Shown here: positions 11,143-25,584 of the stretch, piece after piece
How the letters are laid out: each line of letters opens with the position of its first letter
Position numbering within the stretch: the first letter of the stretch is position 1
Source of the DNA: Podarcis muralis
Lineage: Eukaryota
Length of the DNA stretch: 64,000 nt
Assembly: GCF_964188315.1 (NCBI RefSeq)
Contig: NC_135664.1
Coordinates: 51,522,001 to 51,586,000 of the forward strand
Direction of reading: 5' to 3'
Notes under the pieces: generated by a model
What the model saw: only the letters and a program-made list of their open reading frames with translations
Told to the model about the DNA's origin: nothing
The model's database searches: none
Position numbers and translations under genes: made by a program

Positions 11143-14100
11143 TACTAACTAGGCCCAAATCAGGAAGCAACTCTTGTGGAACTGACTGGTATTTACTTCA
11201 GAATAAACCTGTTTAAGATCAGACAGTAAGAGAGCATTAGCAATAAGAGGCTTCTTTGAGTGGTCACATTTTTAGGCTAGCAATATTTCTCAAGGGCAAG
11301 TAGCAAGTCAACTGCTTTTGCTACACTTTTTCTCATGACTACAGGCAAACCATGTGCACATTTCCTAATGAGAAGGCACCACAGTGCATACATTTCTTTT
11401 TCCTACCAAGAGCAGCAATTCAGCAAATGTTCAGCTGAAGTATCAATGCAACCAAGGAAAATGTACATGTACTGGGGTGCAGGGGAGATAGCCCACTATT
11501 TTCAAAATAAGTAATGGAAGTATAGCCTCTATACTTGAATTATCCTAAAATAACCTTCTGTGAGAGATTCTTGCTCTTAATTTCCTCAGTTGCACAGTTC
11601 CCTGAGGCTTCAAGCTGCTTCTTCCTCTGCAGCCTTCAGGTGTGTGCTCCTCAGCCTATTGTCCACTATGCTCTCTTAATTCAATTATTCTGCCTGTAAG
11701 CTGCCTCCCTCAGCTTCCCTTTCTATTTGTTTGCTTTTCCTGCCAATACAATTGCTCGTGCTCCTGGGCCGTGAGAGTTTTTGCACAGCTGAACCAACTG
11801 ACCTTTCACTTCCCTCACATAAGCTATTTTTGAATATCCTATTGATAACACTCATAACTTCTAATTACTACAAAGGGGCTCACAGTTGTCTTGTCACAAT
11901 ATCAGCTACCTGAAAAGCCTTGTACTCCATAGTACTCAAGTGCGCTGGAAGAGGCTGCTGTTTAAGGAAATCTGTGCATGCCTAGAATCCATTTTATTTA
12001 TAGCTGAAGCCTGCCACAAATTATCCTATATTGATAGCCCTCATGCACCCAAATATTAGGGTGTTTGCAAGCCTTCCATGACATCAGCTGCAAATCTTAT
12101 TCTGAACTCCCAGCATGCATTGGGTGTGGGAGGGGAGCAGACAGACAGATCAAGGCCTCTCTTGATAGTATACACTTTCTGGCTTGGCTTTAAAATATTG
12201 TGGTGCCAAACAGCCCATCTTTCCTACCCCTCAAACCACCCCAGAAATGGCGTGTGGCTGTTAGCTTCAATAGGGTTGCCATATTTCAAAAAGTAAGAAC
12301 CAGGACACCCCAAAAGTAGTTGTTGAGCTTTTTTTAGACAAACCCCAAAGTTGCTGGGCTTTATACTGATTCAGTATAAAGTAGCCTCATACATTTCTAT
12401 GAAAAAAGTGTCCAAAGCTGCTAGTAAAATCAATGGTAGATTTGTGTAAAAGAGCACAGAGCAGTAAAATCTACTATGGTATTCACTGATTTCTGCACTC
12501 ACTAGATCATTTGCATGCCATTGAAAAATGCCAATCTCTGCAGTAATGGTCCCTCTGTAGCCTGATGCACATCTCTGTTGGGTGAACAATGAGTGCTTGT
12601 AGGATATTCAAACAGTCTAGCACTATGTTACCCCTGGTACATGTAGAAATGTTTTAGAATCTGCTGATTTGCCTCTGACACCGAATGCTTCCTTCAGACA
12701 AGGTTTTCATTATTTTCAAAACCAATTTACCATGCTTTGGGGTGATGGGTGTGCCCTAAGATGATAATGAATAGGCCTTCATTGCACTGATCCTTGGAAT
12801 GCCTTTTTGGAATGTCTTTTAACCCAATAAAAGCATGTCAGATATCTACCGGGATATAGATTTGTTTAATTGGGGGCACCCCACCCCGAAGTATCTCCCA
12901 CTACCCCAATCGCTTCCCCTGGATTTCAGTCACAGTAGTTTTATATTTAGTTTGTGTGGCAGAATCCCTGCTCTCCATTTTTGTCACCCCTTTGCTTCCC
13001 AACTATTTTTTTCTGGTGTTTTCACTCTTGCGCAAGCCATCCATCTGTTTTTCAGAATCTGGAATTCATATGTTTGTGTTGTACTTCAAAGAAAGGATTT
13101 GGGCTCGTGGGAAAAGCCAGAGAGAGAGAGAATAGATTTCTAAAAGCAGGAAGACTGAGAAGAATGGGCACTAGGTGATAAACCATATGAGATTTTCCTG
13201 CAAAAAGAAAAGAGCAGAATTTCCTCCCATCACTGTCTCTGTTACCATGAGGGCTACCTTCCTGCATTTTAAATTTTACCCAAGCTGCAGAATTCCATAA
13301 CAGTTTGGCATTATGATAGCCATGCGGATTTTCCTGTTTACTAATTGAGGCCTTCAATCAGGCTTTATTACATTGCATTTATAAAACTGGCCAACCAGGT
13401 CCAAAATTGTATAGAATGTTGTAGGTATCAATTGTCAAAACTATATGTTTCAGTGAAGACAGGAAATCCAGAATGCCCTCACCATGAATGTTATTCACAA
13501 ACCTGTCCAAATTGGGGAAATATAAAAAATCCAGGTGCTGGCATCAACTTTTAAAGTTTCCATTCACCTGCCTTTTTCTTCCAGCCTACTTTCATTAATA
13601 GTATTATTTGGATCTGTAACCTTCAGGTCACTCCCAGAAAGAATTTTATAGCCTTTGGTTTATACATCTCTGTAATCAGAATGATCCTACAATGGATAAA
13701 TAAACAGAACAAAAGAAATTAGCAAAAACACACACAACCTTTTCCTGTTGAGGGCCACATTCCCTTGGGAGCAATCTATCAGAGGTCACATACCAGCAGC
13801 AGATATGGCTGATGGGGAAGGGTGCTGCTGCATACCTGACCTCACACCAGCAGCATAGCTAGTAGTTACTGGGATGTCTCAGGCAGTGGGGAGGCTGGCA
13901 ATGTGTGGATGCACTGGCAGGTGCTGGATTGGCTCCCGCAGTTTATGATAGCTAAGCATGGACCTGGTGGAAGCAGTGGGGATGAAGGAAGTCAGAAAGC
14001 AAAACTCAAGGCATGGTGGGTTGTATCCAACTAAGACATACTCAGAATTGAATCACTGAATTTATGAACCTAAATTAGTCATGTCCTTTAACTCCAGTTG

Positions 14101-15375
14101 GTTTACTCTGAGTAAGTCTAGCATATTATAAACCCGCCCTGTGATCCTTGGGTGAATGGCCGCATAGAAATTAAATAAATAAACCCGGAGTTTTTATGCT
14201 AAGACGTTTATTGAACTAGGATTCAGAGTTCAGCGGATTCACAATAGCCAATGATGACTCAAGGGAAAGATGCACAAGAGTGGTCTAAAATATCCTCCCC
14301 ATGCCTACCCACTGGCTCTAGCTTTGCTCAGGAATGCACTGTCAAGAGTTCACTGTCTCTAAGCGAAAGAAAATAAAACTCTTCTAAACGCAAGGGTGTG
14401 GCAGGAATGCAGGTCAGATGATTGTGGAAGATAAAACTTTGGCTGAATCATCTTGAATGACTTGGAAAGGGGAAACTTTCTAACAATATAATAATGTCAA
14501 TAGTTTTAATTTGTTTGGACAGTTTAATTCCATTTGCTGCATCAGTGAAGGCCTAAAGAAAACCTTGTAAAACTGTATGTGTTGTAATCTAATAAAAGTA
14601 ACTGATGCCTGGATGGTTTTTCCTCCCTAATCCTAATCATAATCCATTCATAATGTATTTTTGTGTGCACATAAGGATCTAAAAAGTACACAGAACAGCT
14701 ATTTTGGATTTTGCCCTCTCGGGATAACATACTTCACATTTCAGCTTTCTAAGAAAAGAACAGTGGAACATTAGAAATCCGCTCTGGGATCATCCACACT
14801 TCCCTTTGTCCCAAGATTTCTTCTGTTTGGGTCCCATGATTTCTAGGCATGGGTCTATTTTCTTGCCGCTTTCCCTGGAAAAACAGAGTTTACTGCTGAA
14901 TCAGAACAAATGTCACCCCACAGAAAACCTGCTGCTTTTTCCAGGGAAAGCACGGGGACCAAATAAAAACGTCTCTGGAGTGTGGAGGAGTAAAATGCTG
15001 TCAATTTTGCCAATGGCTACCAGAGCGAGATAGAAGTCAAGAGGCTGTGGGGGTGGAGTCAGCCAGCCAACCTGGCCACGTTTGTAATACCTTCAGACCC
15101 TGCTCAATCTGTGCATATTAACAGAGGAGAAAACTAGTTTACAATTCAGTGAAATGTGGAGGTTCATAATGTATATACTGTAAAGAGTATATATATGTCC
15201 CTGTTTCCAATTTCCTACCAGGGATTCATTCCAGCATTCTTATTTGTAGCTAGCATTTCCAATAATAATCACAAACATGCCAAAGTAGATGCAAATAACT
15301 TGACTGGCCCTCCCATACTTGTTTTTTCTTTACTGGGTAACAGTTTCCCCTCTCGCTGCTATTTGCACCAGCAAA

Positions 15376-15740
15376 GGTAAAGGTAAAGGTACCCCTGCCC
15401 GAAGGCCAGTCGTGACCGACTCTAGGGTTGCGTGCTCATCTCGCTCTAGAGGCCGGGAGCCGGCGCTGTCCAAAGACACTTCCGGGTCACGTGGCCAGCG
15501 TGACGAAGCTGCGTCTGGCGAGCCAGCACCAGCGCCGCACACGGAAACGCCGTTACCTTCCCGCTATAAAGCGGTCCCTATTTATCTACTTGCACTTAGG
15601 GGTGCTTTCGAACTGCTAGGTTGGCAGGAGCCGGGACCGAACGACGGGAGCTCACCCCGCTGCGGGGATTCGAACCACCGACCTTACGATCGGCAAGTCC
15701 TAGGCGCTGAGGTTTTACCCACAGCGCCACCCGCGTCCCC
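15376..15740 (-). mobile_element. Sauria SINE, full length, young
   Basis: Reverse-strand head GGGGACGCGGGTGGCGCTGTGG, intact B box, CpG-rich, ACCTTT tail, 11-bp TSD GCACCAGCAAA at 15365-15375 and 15741-15751. Confidence 0.95.
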
Positions 15741-15839
15741 GCACCAGCAAAAAGCTGATGTTAATGCTAATGGTAGCCTTCAACTTAGAAGATTGTGTTA
15801 GTGGCTCCAAGCCCCCCAACAAAGCACTTATACTCAATA

Positions 15840-16081
15840 CAGTGGTACCTCGGGTTACATACGCTTCAGGTTACATACGCTTCAGGTTACAGACTCCGCC
15901 AACCCAGAAATATTACCTCGGGTTAAGAACTTTGCTTCAGAATGAGAGCAAAAATCGTGCTCCGGCGGCACGGCGGCAGCAGGAGGCCCCATTAGCTAAA
16001 ATGGTGCTTCAGGTTAAGAACAGTTTCAGGTTAAGAACGGACCTCCAGAACGAATTAAGTACTTAACCCAAGGTACCACTG
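15840..16081. mobile_element. Tigger/pogo-like MITE
   Basis: TIRs CAGTGGTACCT and AGGTACCACTG, TA TSD, internal 16-bp tandem duplication (GGTTACATACGCTTCA)x2. Confidence 0.9.
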
Positions 16082-16629
16082 TATTTTCAAATTAACTGAA
16101 TTAAAATAAAAAGCTCTTAAAGCGTACACACATCCGTAAGTTTGAGTTGTTATAATATCAGCTCAGGATGAAGTCATCCAAAAGTATTTCAGCACTGCTA
16201 TTGGGGGGAAAATCTGCAGAGGACCAGAATGTACATATAACCTGGTCATTATACTTATTGTACTACCTTCTAGAGCTTGGCCTAAAGAAGAAAATGAAAA
16301 CTGAGGAGACCAGGAAGCAAGGTGCATCTATTTTGAGCATATAACAGAAACTGAAAGTTCAGCTATCCATGTAATCAAAGAATCTCTCAGCTTCAGAATC
16401 CACTGAGAAGTCTCTCCAGCTCTGCTCCTGTGGTCTATGAGATAACCAATTTGCACACAGGATTATTTGAGCAAACCACAATAATATTTTTTAAAAGAAC
16501 TTTTAAAATCTAAGCTCTTAAAACACTTGGAACTATGCTGCCTCTGTGGCACCTACCAGCAAAACCTAATATAACAAAGAGAACTATAACACTTCCTAGA
16601 CCTCCAGGTATAGGGCAGTATATAAATTC

Positions 16630-16681
<52 letters not shown>
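16630..16681. repeat. (TAA)n microsatellite
   Basis: Directly visible. Confidence 0.97.
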
Positions 16682-16682
<1 letters not shown>

Positions 16683-19408
16683 TTTTTCCATTGTGTTTTA
16701 CAGAGCAACAGAAAATTCTTGGAAAAATTGTTGGGGGGGTGCCATGCTTGGTTTTTTTTCTTAAGTACGCTTTACATACCAAAAGTCACTTTGTTACTTT
16801 AGCAATATAAAATGCATCATGTGTAGCATGGTTTACCATAGAATTGTCACATCTGGTATATTAAAAGTACTTTACAGCTTGCTCAGACAACAATTACAAA
16901 TTGTATTTTTGTTACAGTTGGAGCTACAAGCTGCTGATCTTTAAGACACATAGCCAATTTCAGGGGTGCAGGGGCACACGAGAGGAAAGGAGGGGAAAGT
17001 CCATTGTACAGGTACAGAATTCAACCAATGAGGAACTGCAATATAGTTGTGCAGCAAAAATTCTCTTCAGGGTTTCTACACTCACCCACAAACAGTTTCC
17101 CAGGGATATTTAGAAAAAAGGAAAGAATCACGGTTGAACTGTACTGCCTGCCCTATAGTACTGAAAAATATGTTAAATTGAGAAAAACACAGAAAGACCA
17201 TGATTCAATCCCTGACATCTCTAGTTAAAAGGATCAGATAGCAAGTGATGGCAAAGTGATCAGGCCTATGGAACTGCTACCAGGCTGATTGGCAACAATG
17301 GGTTATATGGTCAAACAGGCTGACATAATATACAATACCTTCTTATGTTGCTATGATACATTTACAAAAACATTAAAACTAGGTCCCATTAGTTCATGGA
17401 CAAAAGCGGGTCTGAAAAACTTGAAGACTACTCAACTAAAGTATCTCTGGAAGGCAAACCATTCAATTCACTGGGGAAGAAGATTTCATGACGATTTAAG
17501 ACAAGGTGCCCTGAGGACTACTCAGACATTCATATCCAAACATGGTAGTAACAGAGGAGGAGGAGATAAAATAAAAATCATCTAGGCAGAAAACCAACAC
17601 CACTGAAAGTCAGAAATGTTCACTGGTCTAGGAGTGTATCTAGGAATATAAATCTTCAACCAATGCAAAAAGCTTACAAAATGCCAGATCCAGTGATTCT
17701 TGGGGGGGGGGGTGTATTTTAAAGGTCATTAAGAACATTTCCTGAAGCAAATATACTAGTTCCTTGCATGTGTAATGACAAGTAAATGCAAATGTCTTGG
17801 CAAAGAATGTAGAGGGTTATTAGAGCCTCGAGCTATAGTAACACCCCACCATAACAAAGCCAGTTGTATTTTGTGGCATTCACTCATTATATTTTCACAT
17901 ATACATGTTCCCAAGGACCCATGTATTCTATAGAATAGGAAATAGCTACACTAGGGGTTTTCCCTCCAGTGGAAAGCTTTTTAACACTGAGACTGAGATT
18001 AAAAATTGTACCCCTGAAGCCATCTGCACAAAATATGCCTCTCTCCATACACAGTGTGAAGAATGCAACATTAGTACCAGCATTCAAAGCCAACTGACCT
18101 GACACAGATCTGCATATACTTTGTACAGGCATGTGGAAAGAAACAGGTAACAGTCCAACAGAAAGAAAGGACATGTCATTAAATATACAGATTTTCCTAT
18201 TAATTGCCTTTGAAAATTAAAGGGTATCACTTTTCATATCCCTTTTTAGTTTTTCTGCCTCATATTATTAGGCATAAAACTTCAGTATGCTTTATTTTGT
18301 TTTTGTTAAGGTTATAGAGGACATTTCCCAATAAAGGGGCTGTTCCAAGCACGAGGGAATTCATGTTACTGCAGGGATGAAAAGGTTTTTTCCATTATAT
18401 CTCAAGTGATAATGAAATCACTGAAGATGGGGGCTAGTGGGAGCAAATGCTTTTTTAAAAAGCTAATCCGAAAAAGGCATAAAGGTTTGGGGAAGCAATG
18501 TTTCTTCAAACATTTGATTTCTACGCTCACCCTTTGACATACTGCAGTAGCATTCAGATGCTGCAGAATTACAGGGTGGGAAGACCAAGATAATTTCTTT
18601 TCTATTTCTGAATTTTTCAAAAAGGAATGCTGAAGATTAATTGTGACAGCCCAGAAACGCCGCACAACCATACACAAATAGCTACTTCTGGGGAGTGGAC
18701 TGAGGGCATTGACACACACTGCTCGGAGCCACCAAAAGCCCTTCACTCAGCATATTTCTGGGTTGTACATTTGTTTTCCACATTAAGATGACTGCAAGTA
18801 CCTTCCAGGGCTCTGTAAAAACTTCACATCTCATTGGAACCCAACTTTTCCCAATTTCTATTTGCTCTGCCTAATCTCTATGAGCTTCAACTGATAGCAG
18901 TGGCTACATTACTTTGATATAGGATTATATCCTCTCTCTCATCAGCAATGTCTGCAGATACTGAATTTAGGTTTGAGGTTAGTGCAGTTTTGCCTGATAA
19001 CATGCAAACTCAAAAAGCCAATAACCCTTCTCTTCCCCCAATGAGTTTTTATTCATGCTCTATATAATAATAGCTTGAAAATATGCATTAATATAGGCAT
19101 TATGGAATAATTTGATTGCTGTGAACTAACCAAATCTGTGCCTTCTGGACTAATGTGCAAATCAGAACATAATTATCCTTTGAATTCTGCGCTTTTCTTA
19201 ATTTTGCCACTCAGTTCTTGGCTCAAAAAAAAATATCTACTAAAATGTGCTACATATGCATATTTTACAGTACAATAAGTAGATTAAGATAAAATACATT
19301 TAAATATGTATTTTTGTGATAAAAGTGCATTTTAGTACAAAATTATCTTGCAGTTTTTCTTTAAATCCCAGATAAATATGGAAAGGGGATGGAACAGACT
19401 TGCAAATA

Positions 19409-19658
19409 CAGTGGTACCTTGATATGAACTTAATCTGTTCCGGAAGTCTGTTCTTAAACCAAAGCGTTCTTAAACCAAGGCGTGCTTTCCCATAGCAGCA
19501 AGGGACTCAATTTACAAATGGAACACACTCAACAGGAAGCAGAACATGTTCTGCTTCCAAGGCAAAGTTCACAAACCAAAACACCTACTTCCGGGTTTGC
19601 AGCGTTCTTAATCCAAGTTGTTCACAAACTAAGCTGTTCTTAAACCAAGGTACCACTG
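19409..19658. mobile_element. Related Tigger/pogo-like MITE, different interior
   Basis: TIRs CAGTGGTACCTTG and CAAGGTACCACTG flanked by TA. Confidence 0.85.
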
Positions 19659-21120
19659 TACAGAGAAACATAGGGAACTGCCTGAAACCAATACTCTCTA
19701 CATTCCATACATTCCATATATGGGCCTCCCAAGTAGGTTTCCATGAAGGAACCTATCAAATACGGATTTGCTAAGCTTCCCCAAAGCTGTATCATGGGCC
19801 ATGTTCTCAAAACATGAGGGTTCTGTGCTCTACATTCCCTGTTTTTATCCTTGACCCAAGGCACTATCTGAAACTATTTGTGCCCACCAATAGCTCCGAA
19901 GTCCCATCATTCCATTGGATCCACCAGCTATTCAAGGCCTCGTAAGTTTCCAGATTCTATCTAAAGAGTCTGCAAACAAACATGAAAAGCACAGTTCTGT
20001 AATTTTGGAAATGTGTGTAATTTATTTGAAGCGGGGAAGCTGAGGGCTTCAAAATGTTGTGCAAGAAAGTGCAGAGGATGCCTGTAGAAAACTATATAAT
20101 ATTTTTGAGGAAGTGACTGAAAAATTAGGCACTGGAGGCTGAGATGATTGATGTTCAGCGAATGGGGGTTTAAATCATTAGCAAGGATTAAGAAACCAGC
20201 TTCCTATTGCTTTAGGGACTGGGACAAAGTTGCTATATAAGAAGACAGTCAGTCTCTTTGCTTGTATAAAGATGTCATAAAACAAATGGATTGATTTTGG
20301 TGAAGAAATTAAGAGGAAATGCATTCCATAAAGCTAGTTAAATAGCCAGAAAGGGACTTGTGGGTGCTACAAACACTTCTGTAGCACGGAGGAGTATTTT
20401 CCAGAGAGACTGTCCTCTCTTCCTGTTGACACATGGCTCTTCCTGTTCATTCTCACTATTGTGAAGCCCTTAACTACCCTCTTGTCCATCATCTATTAAA
20501 ATGACACCCCCAGGGCAACTTTTCTGTTAACATGGAAACATAATATTGAGATGCTTGTTTTCAACCCCAACTTAAGGAGTTTGGTGGCTCTGTTCACATA
20601 TTAACTTTAATGGGAATTGAAATTACAAGCCCCTTAAAGGCTTTAGGAAGCTTCATTTCCTCAGGTTTCCTTTAAAATAACATATGTGAAAATTGGAAAT
20701 AATGCATTCACAAGCAAGCTACAAATTACATATTGGTATGTGTAACAAGGCCTCAGCGGTTTGATGTGTTTTCAACAGACTTGGAAGACTGGAATTTTGA
20801 AGGGGTGTGCAAAATTTCCCTTGCCAGATATTTTGATGCTCACAATTCCACCACAGCTGCTTTCCAACCCACAGCATTCCCTAAACATCCATCTGGAACC
20901 TCAACAGGAGCACAAAGACAACTTGGGTACTGATTTTGAGCAGAAGAACAGATGCATGAGAGAAAATCTAAGCATCTCATTCACTCAGGATGACAGCTAT
21001 CTAAGGTCAATATTCATTTTCTGTATGACATCTTAAAAATACAAATAATAAATAATTAACTTTTAAAAAAAAAAATCCCATCAGAGCTTCTCTGTGTATT
21101 TTTGTATGTAAGATGTAGTT

Positions 21121-21255
21121 CAGCCTTCCCAAACCTGGTGCCCTCTAGATGATTTGAACAACAATTCCCATTTGCCCCCACCCATCATAGCCAATGGTCA
21201 GGGATAGTGGGAGTTCTAGTCCAAAACATGGACAACACCTGATTAGGTTAGGCTG
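21121..21255. mobile_element. Degenerate palindromic hAT-type MITE
   Basis: CAGCCTTCCCAAACCTGGTGCCCTCTAGATG...GGGAGTTCTAGTCCAAAACAT...AGGCTG. Same family as 33371 and 53644. Confidence 0.55.
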
Positions 21256-21287
21256 GTGTGGTTTATCCCTCAGGAAATGACAAACTC

Positions 21288-21894
21288 TGTGCTGGTCCGG
21301 GGGGGGGGGGAGGTTACCGTCAGGCATGGTCAGAGTCCGGTCCTGGGTCACGGATCTAGAAACAGTCCACACAGGGTGAAGCGGGATCCGAAGCAAGAAG
21401 CCGGGCGGGGGCGGGAACTCGGGAAAAACAGGACTGGGTGCTGGCAGAAGCAGGTTTCCAGCGACCTGCTCCCGTAACCTGGGACTGGGCTGACTGGCCA
21501 TTATCTCCTCTGAGGCCAGGGGCGGTCCCAGCCCACAGGTGACCCGCCTCTCCTGGCCTTAAGGCGAGCACTCCTCCTGAGAGAAACCAGTTCCCTCCGC
21601 CTCTCTGCCCTGAGCCTCTGCAGCTCAGGAGAGGCTGGAGGGTTACTGGACCCAGGGGGAGGCTCACCTTCCCCTGACAGGGCTGGGAGAGGCGCACCTG
21701 TAGGCAATGGGTCCTCAATCCCCTCTGGAGCCAGAGTGGATCCATCTGGTGCCTGCTCCTGAGGACCCGGCACAGGTGCAGGCGCTTCCAATTCAAGGCC
21801 CTGCCCCAGCTCAGCCAGCCCTGGAGGTGGGGATTCCTGTGCAGGCTGGGATTCCTCTGGTTCAGCCTCTGAATCAGACTCCCAGGCCATCACA
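21288..21894 (-). mobile_element. Probable solo LTR, Gypsy-type (607 bp)
   Basis: GC-rich island with TGTG...CACA termini, 5-bp flanks AACTC/AACTA (one mismatch), no internal gag/pol. Orientation and superfamily are inferred from recalled lizard Gypsy LTR style. Confidence 0.6.
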
Positions 21895-24800
21895 AACTAC
21901 TTCCAAATGAACCACCAGCTCTCTCCACCCCACCACCACTCTGTATGCATTTTGGAATTTAGGAGGGCAGATTTACCAGTTCATCTTGTTGAAGAGTATT
22001 TGAAATAGGCTGGGATGTGAACAGGAATTAAAAACTCGTCTCCACACCCAATTCAACAGCAAACACACAATAGCATCCAGTTAATTCCTAATTCTAGGGA
22101 TGTCTAGACCTCTCATTCCTGCACAGAAGAATCTGAATCCAAGAGGCAGTTCTTACCATAATCACCCCTTGTTTCTGAGGTCACACCCACAACATACATT
22201 TAAAGCTTTCCCCCACCCCTAAAAAATCCTGTGAACTGTAGTTGTGTTAAACTACAGTTCCCATGAGTCTTAGAGGGAAGCCATGACTGTTAAAGTGGTA
22301 TAAATGTGATTTAATTGTACGGTGCTGATGTGAGAGTCCATTTTGTAGCTAGCACCTGCTTCTCTTACCTCAAGACAGTAAACCAGAAAGTTACATACAG
22401 CTTTCTTGGGAGTGTTTATAAACACTCACGAGAACAAGATTAGAAGTACGGGATTGTTTATTATTTCTGTTCTGCACAGCCTTCATATTGGTTTATCCAC
22501 TGAGTTTTGTACTGTATATTCATTGACACATGGGTATTTGATACATTGACACATGGGCTCCATGGGGAGGAAGGGCCGGCTATAAATTCAATAAATAAAT
22601 AAATGGTTGCTATCCGTAGCTGTATTATGTTACATGAAATTATGTTGGATGTTTGAGTCCACTGCTGTATGGGTGTTTTATCACCTTCGCTTTCATTGGT
22701 CTGTGACTTCCTTATTTTGCTCCTCTTACCTCAAAATCAGCCTCAGGAGAGAACAGGCCTAGCACAAGCCTGAGGCCTTCCCTGCCCCACACGCTGACCC
22801 CCCTTTCTCCTTCCCCCACCTGCCACCCACTTGTTTATCTGTTTTTCTTTCCCTCGCTGCAGCACTGCAAGCCCAGCAGGGCTCTCCAGGACCTCACATC
22901 TGACAAGACCTCACTCCAACAAACCACCACCAGAGTGAGGCATCATGGCTGAGGTAGCCTCTAAGGGTGCCTATTTATACTCTGTTTACAAAAGCCTTCT
23001 GGTAGGCTATCAATGCCATACTCTTGGGATTTGTGCAGGCCTGTTTCAAAGCATTATTTTATGTACTCATTTGTGAGCATTAAAAGTACTGTCAAATTAA
23101 TAATGGTTTGCAGCACTAGCCACAGAATCCTCTTTATTGTACACAGAGGCTTTAAAAAGGCACAACAGCAGGAACTTGCGAAATCACTTGTGTGTACTTG
23201 TTTTGCAATAGCACCACACTGCATGTTCTGTTTCTGAAGGGGTGTTTTCAGACAGGAACTCTACATGGCAACACTTCAGCCTTTCCCCCCCTTCCGTTTT
23301 GTACTGCTCTCTGATGTTACTACCTGTCTCCATCTGCTCTCCACAAATAAACTAATGTTTGTACACTGCTTTGTTAAAATCCCAGTATTGTTGACCCTTG
23401 CCCAGTTATCCAACTTCCCCAAGTCCAATTTTTATTCCAAATTTTATTGACAGAGGTCTGAAATTTATCCTAATTATACATCACTAGAAAGCAGTATTAT
23501 TATTGTGAAACAAATTGTTACCATTTTGCCCGTGATATTAATTTGAAACATATCACACAATTTCATGCAAAAAAAAAACATGTTTCCCCCCTTTGCTACT
23601 AAAAAGTCTCAATAGCATTTTCCAAGTGTTCACTTTTATTTTTTTAAAAAACATTAAAACCTTTATAGACTGCCTTTCATATAAAATAACAAGGTGGTTT
23701 ATAACATAAATTCAATACAAAAGACCATAGAATACTAAAAACACAAAAATACCACAGAGATCCAAAATTCCTAAAAGAGCCAATACTAAAACGCAGTGTT
23801 CAAGAATGCTCTTGCAAATCAGCTAATTCAATCCATTACTATAGGTGCTGCTAGTCATAGCCCTAAGGCAGGTTAGGGAAACTCCAGCACAATTTGGCCT
23901 ACCAGCCTGCTTTCCCTAAGCCATGCCCACCTGGCCCACACTTGACCAAAAAAAAGTAGGACTTGACCAGAACTTGGGTCAAAGAGGGTTCATGACCTCC
24001 ATAGTTCTTGACTCAATAAACCACTTTCTCTCCCTGCTCAACCAGATTTCCAGGTCAGCATGCTCTTCCAGCATTTAATGCTTGGTTGGTGAGGTATATT
24101 ACCAGTTACCAATCTGACCTTAAGCAACAGAATTACCAGGCTCAGGGGGGTGTCACCAGAATAACCAACAACTTGTTGGCTTGATGGTAAACAAAAAGAA
24201 GGAGCAGCCTTCAGATGGCTCATCTCCCTTCGGTTCCACAGGCTCATTTTATTTCCCTGGCTAGGATATCTAGCTGTTAAAAAAGAAAAATACATACCTA
24301 TAAATATCAGAAACGACCAATGCTACTCCAATTCCTGATGGGAGATTCACTTCTTGATTGATTGTCGCATGAAAGTCATGTTAAAGAAGTATGAAATAGA
24401 TTCCTCATGTAAGGTGGGCACACATCCCATATTGTCCCTCAAGCCTGGCCACTGTTTTACCATTACTCCTCAGCTACAAGATCTCTGTCTACAGATCATC
24501 TTACATGTCAGTTCTAACTACAAATAGACAGACATCTTTGGTGAGAATCAGGAGACTGAGAGGTGTTGACTGAGCAAGTGTGTCAGAAAAAAGAATTTTA
24601 AACAGTATTTTTTTATTACAGTAGCAATTTACATTAATGGTGTGTATTTTTGTAACATTTGTTGTTGTTTTAGTGTGCTGTACATCACTTATTTTTAGTC
24701 CTTTTTATTATTTCATTATATATTTATTTGCACACGTTAATCAGTATAGGGGGAAAAACTAACTAAATAAATAAAACTTATTCCCCAGCCCTTTTTCTTA

Positions 24801-25442
24801 ATGCATGGCAGGGACATTTCTAGCCTTGCATAATTCTGGATCCCTGAGTTGAGGCGTCTATGCACCTTTAAATGCTCCTTGTTAATGAGTAGTCTGTTTT
24901 CCTAGAGCAGGTCTCAGGATATTTAAATTCCGGCAGAATGAAAACAGAACCCTGAGTACATGGCAAACCTTTATCAAGTCATGTTATTCCCTGATAGGGT
25001 TTCAGAGGCTGTGACTGATTCAGCTGTAAATTGCTATCACTTGGGTATTTCATGGGCACAAGGTCATCTCCACCGACAAGGAACAGGACGTGCAGATGCT
25101 GAGGCAACAAGCAAATCAATAGGTAAAAAGGCCATGGGACTAGAGACTCAATCAACAAAATTAGACTTCACCTATGGCAAGAAGCAAACAGCTCAACCAG
25201 CTTATAATGTGCTAATTGAAAAGGGGCACATTAATTTTTGGTCACCAGCTTGTCGGTATTCACAATCTCATAATGTAGGGATTCAGCAACCTGACATTAT
25301 TTCAGAAGTCCTTTTACAAAAAAAGCTCAGCAAGCAACACAAGGAAACATGGACAGCCCACCTTTCAGTAATTAACTCTGACAGCGCAGTGTAGCGGTTG
25401 GAAGGTTGGATTAGGATTTGCAAGACCCAGGTTCAAATCATG

Positions 25443-25582
25443 AAAACATAAGAACAGGTTGCTGGATCAGGCCAATGGCCTAACTAGTCCAGCATCCTGT
25501 TTTCGCAGTGGCCAACCAGATGCCTATGGGAAACCAGGGAGCAGAACATAAGCAAAACAGCACTCTCCCCTCCCCCCGTTTC
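25443..25582 (-). mobile_element. CR1 3' end fragment
   Basis: AAAACATAAGAACAGGTTGCTGGATCAGGCCAATGGCC..CTAGTCCAGCATCCTGT is the antisense of a CR1 3' terminus. Related copies at 36203 and 46158. Confidence 0.6.
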
Positions 25583-25584
25583 CA

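Noticed and set aside
12271-12360. hAT element beginning TAGGGTTGCCATA
   Set aside because: Only one end is visible; no matching right TIR or TSD was found.
15319-15801. 160-aa ORF as a gene
   Set aside because: It is the antisense read-through of a GC-rich Sauria SINE.
21145-21910. Other overlapping ORFs in the solo LTR (118, 146, 73 and 67 aa)
   Set aside because: They are expected from GC-rich, stop-poor sequence, and one depends on a poly-G run. Only the 21501-21890 frame has a start at the LTR end and a meaningful motif.
22863-22953. Plus-strand exon after a strong polypyrimidine acceptor, ending ATGGCTGAG
   Set aside because: Weak donor (gtagcc), stops in all frames before the ATG, and no supporting neighbouring exons on that strand.
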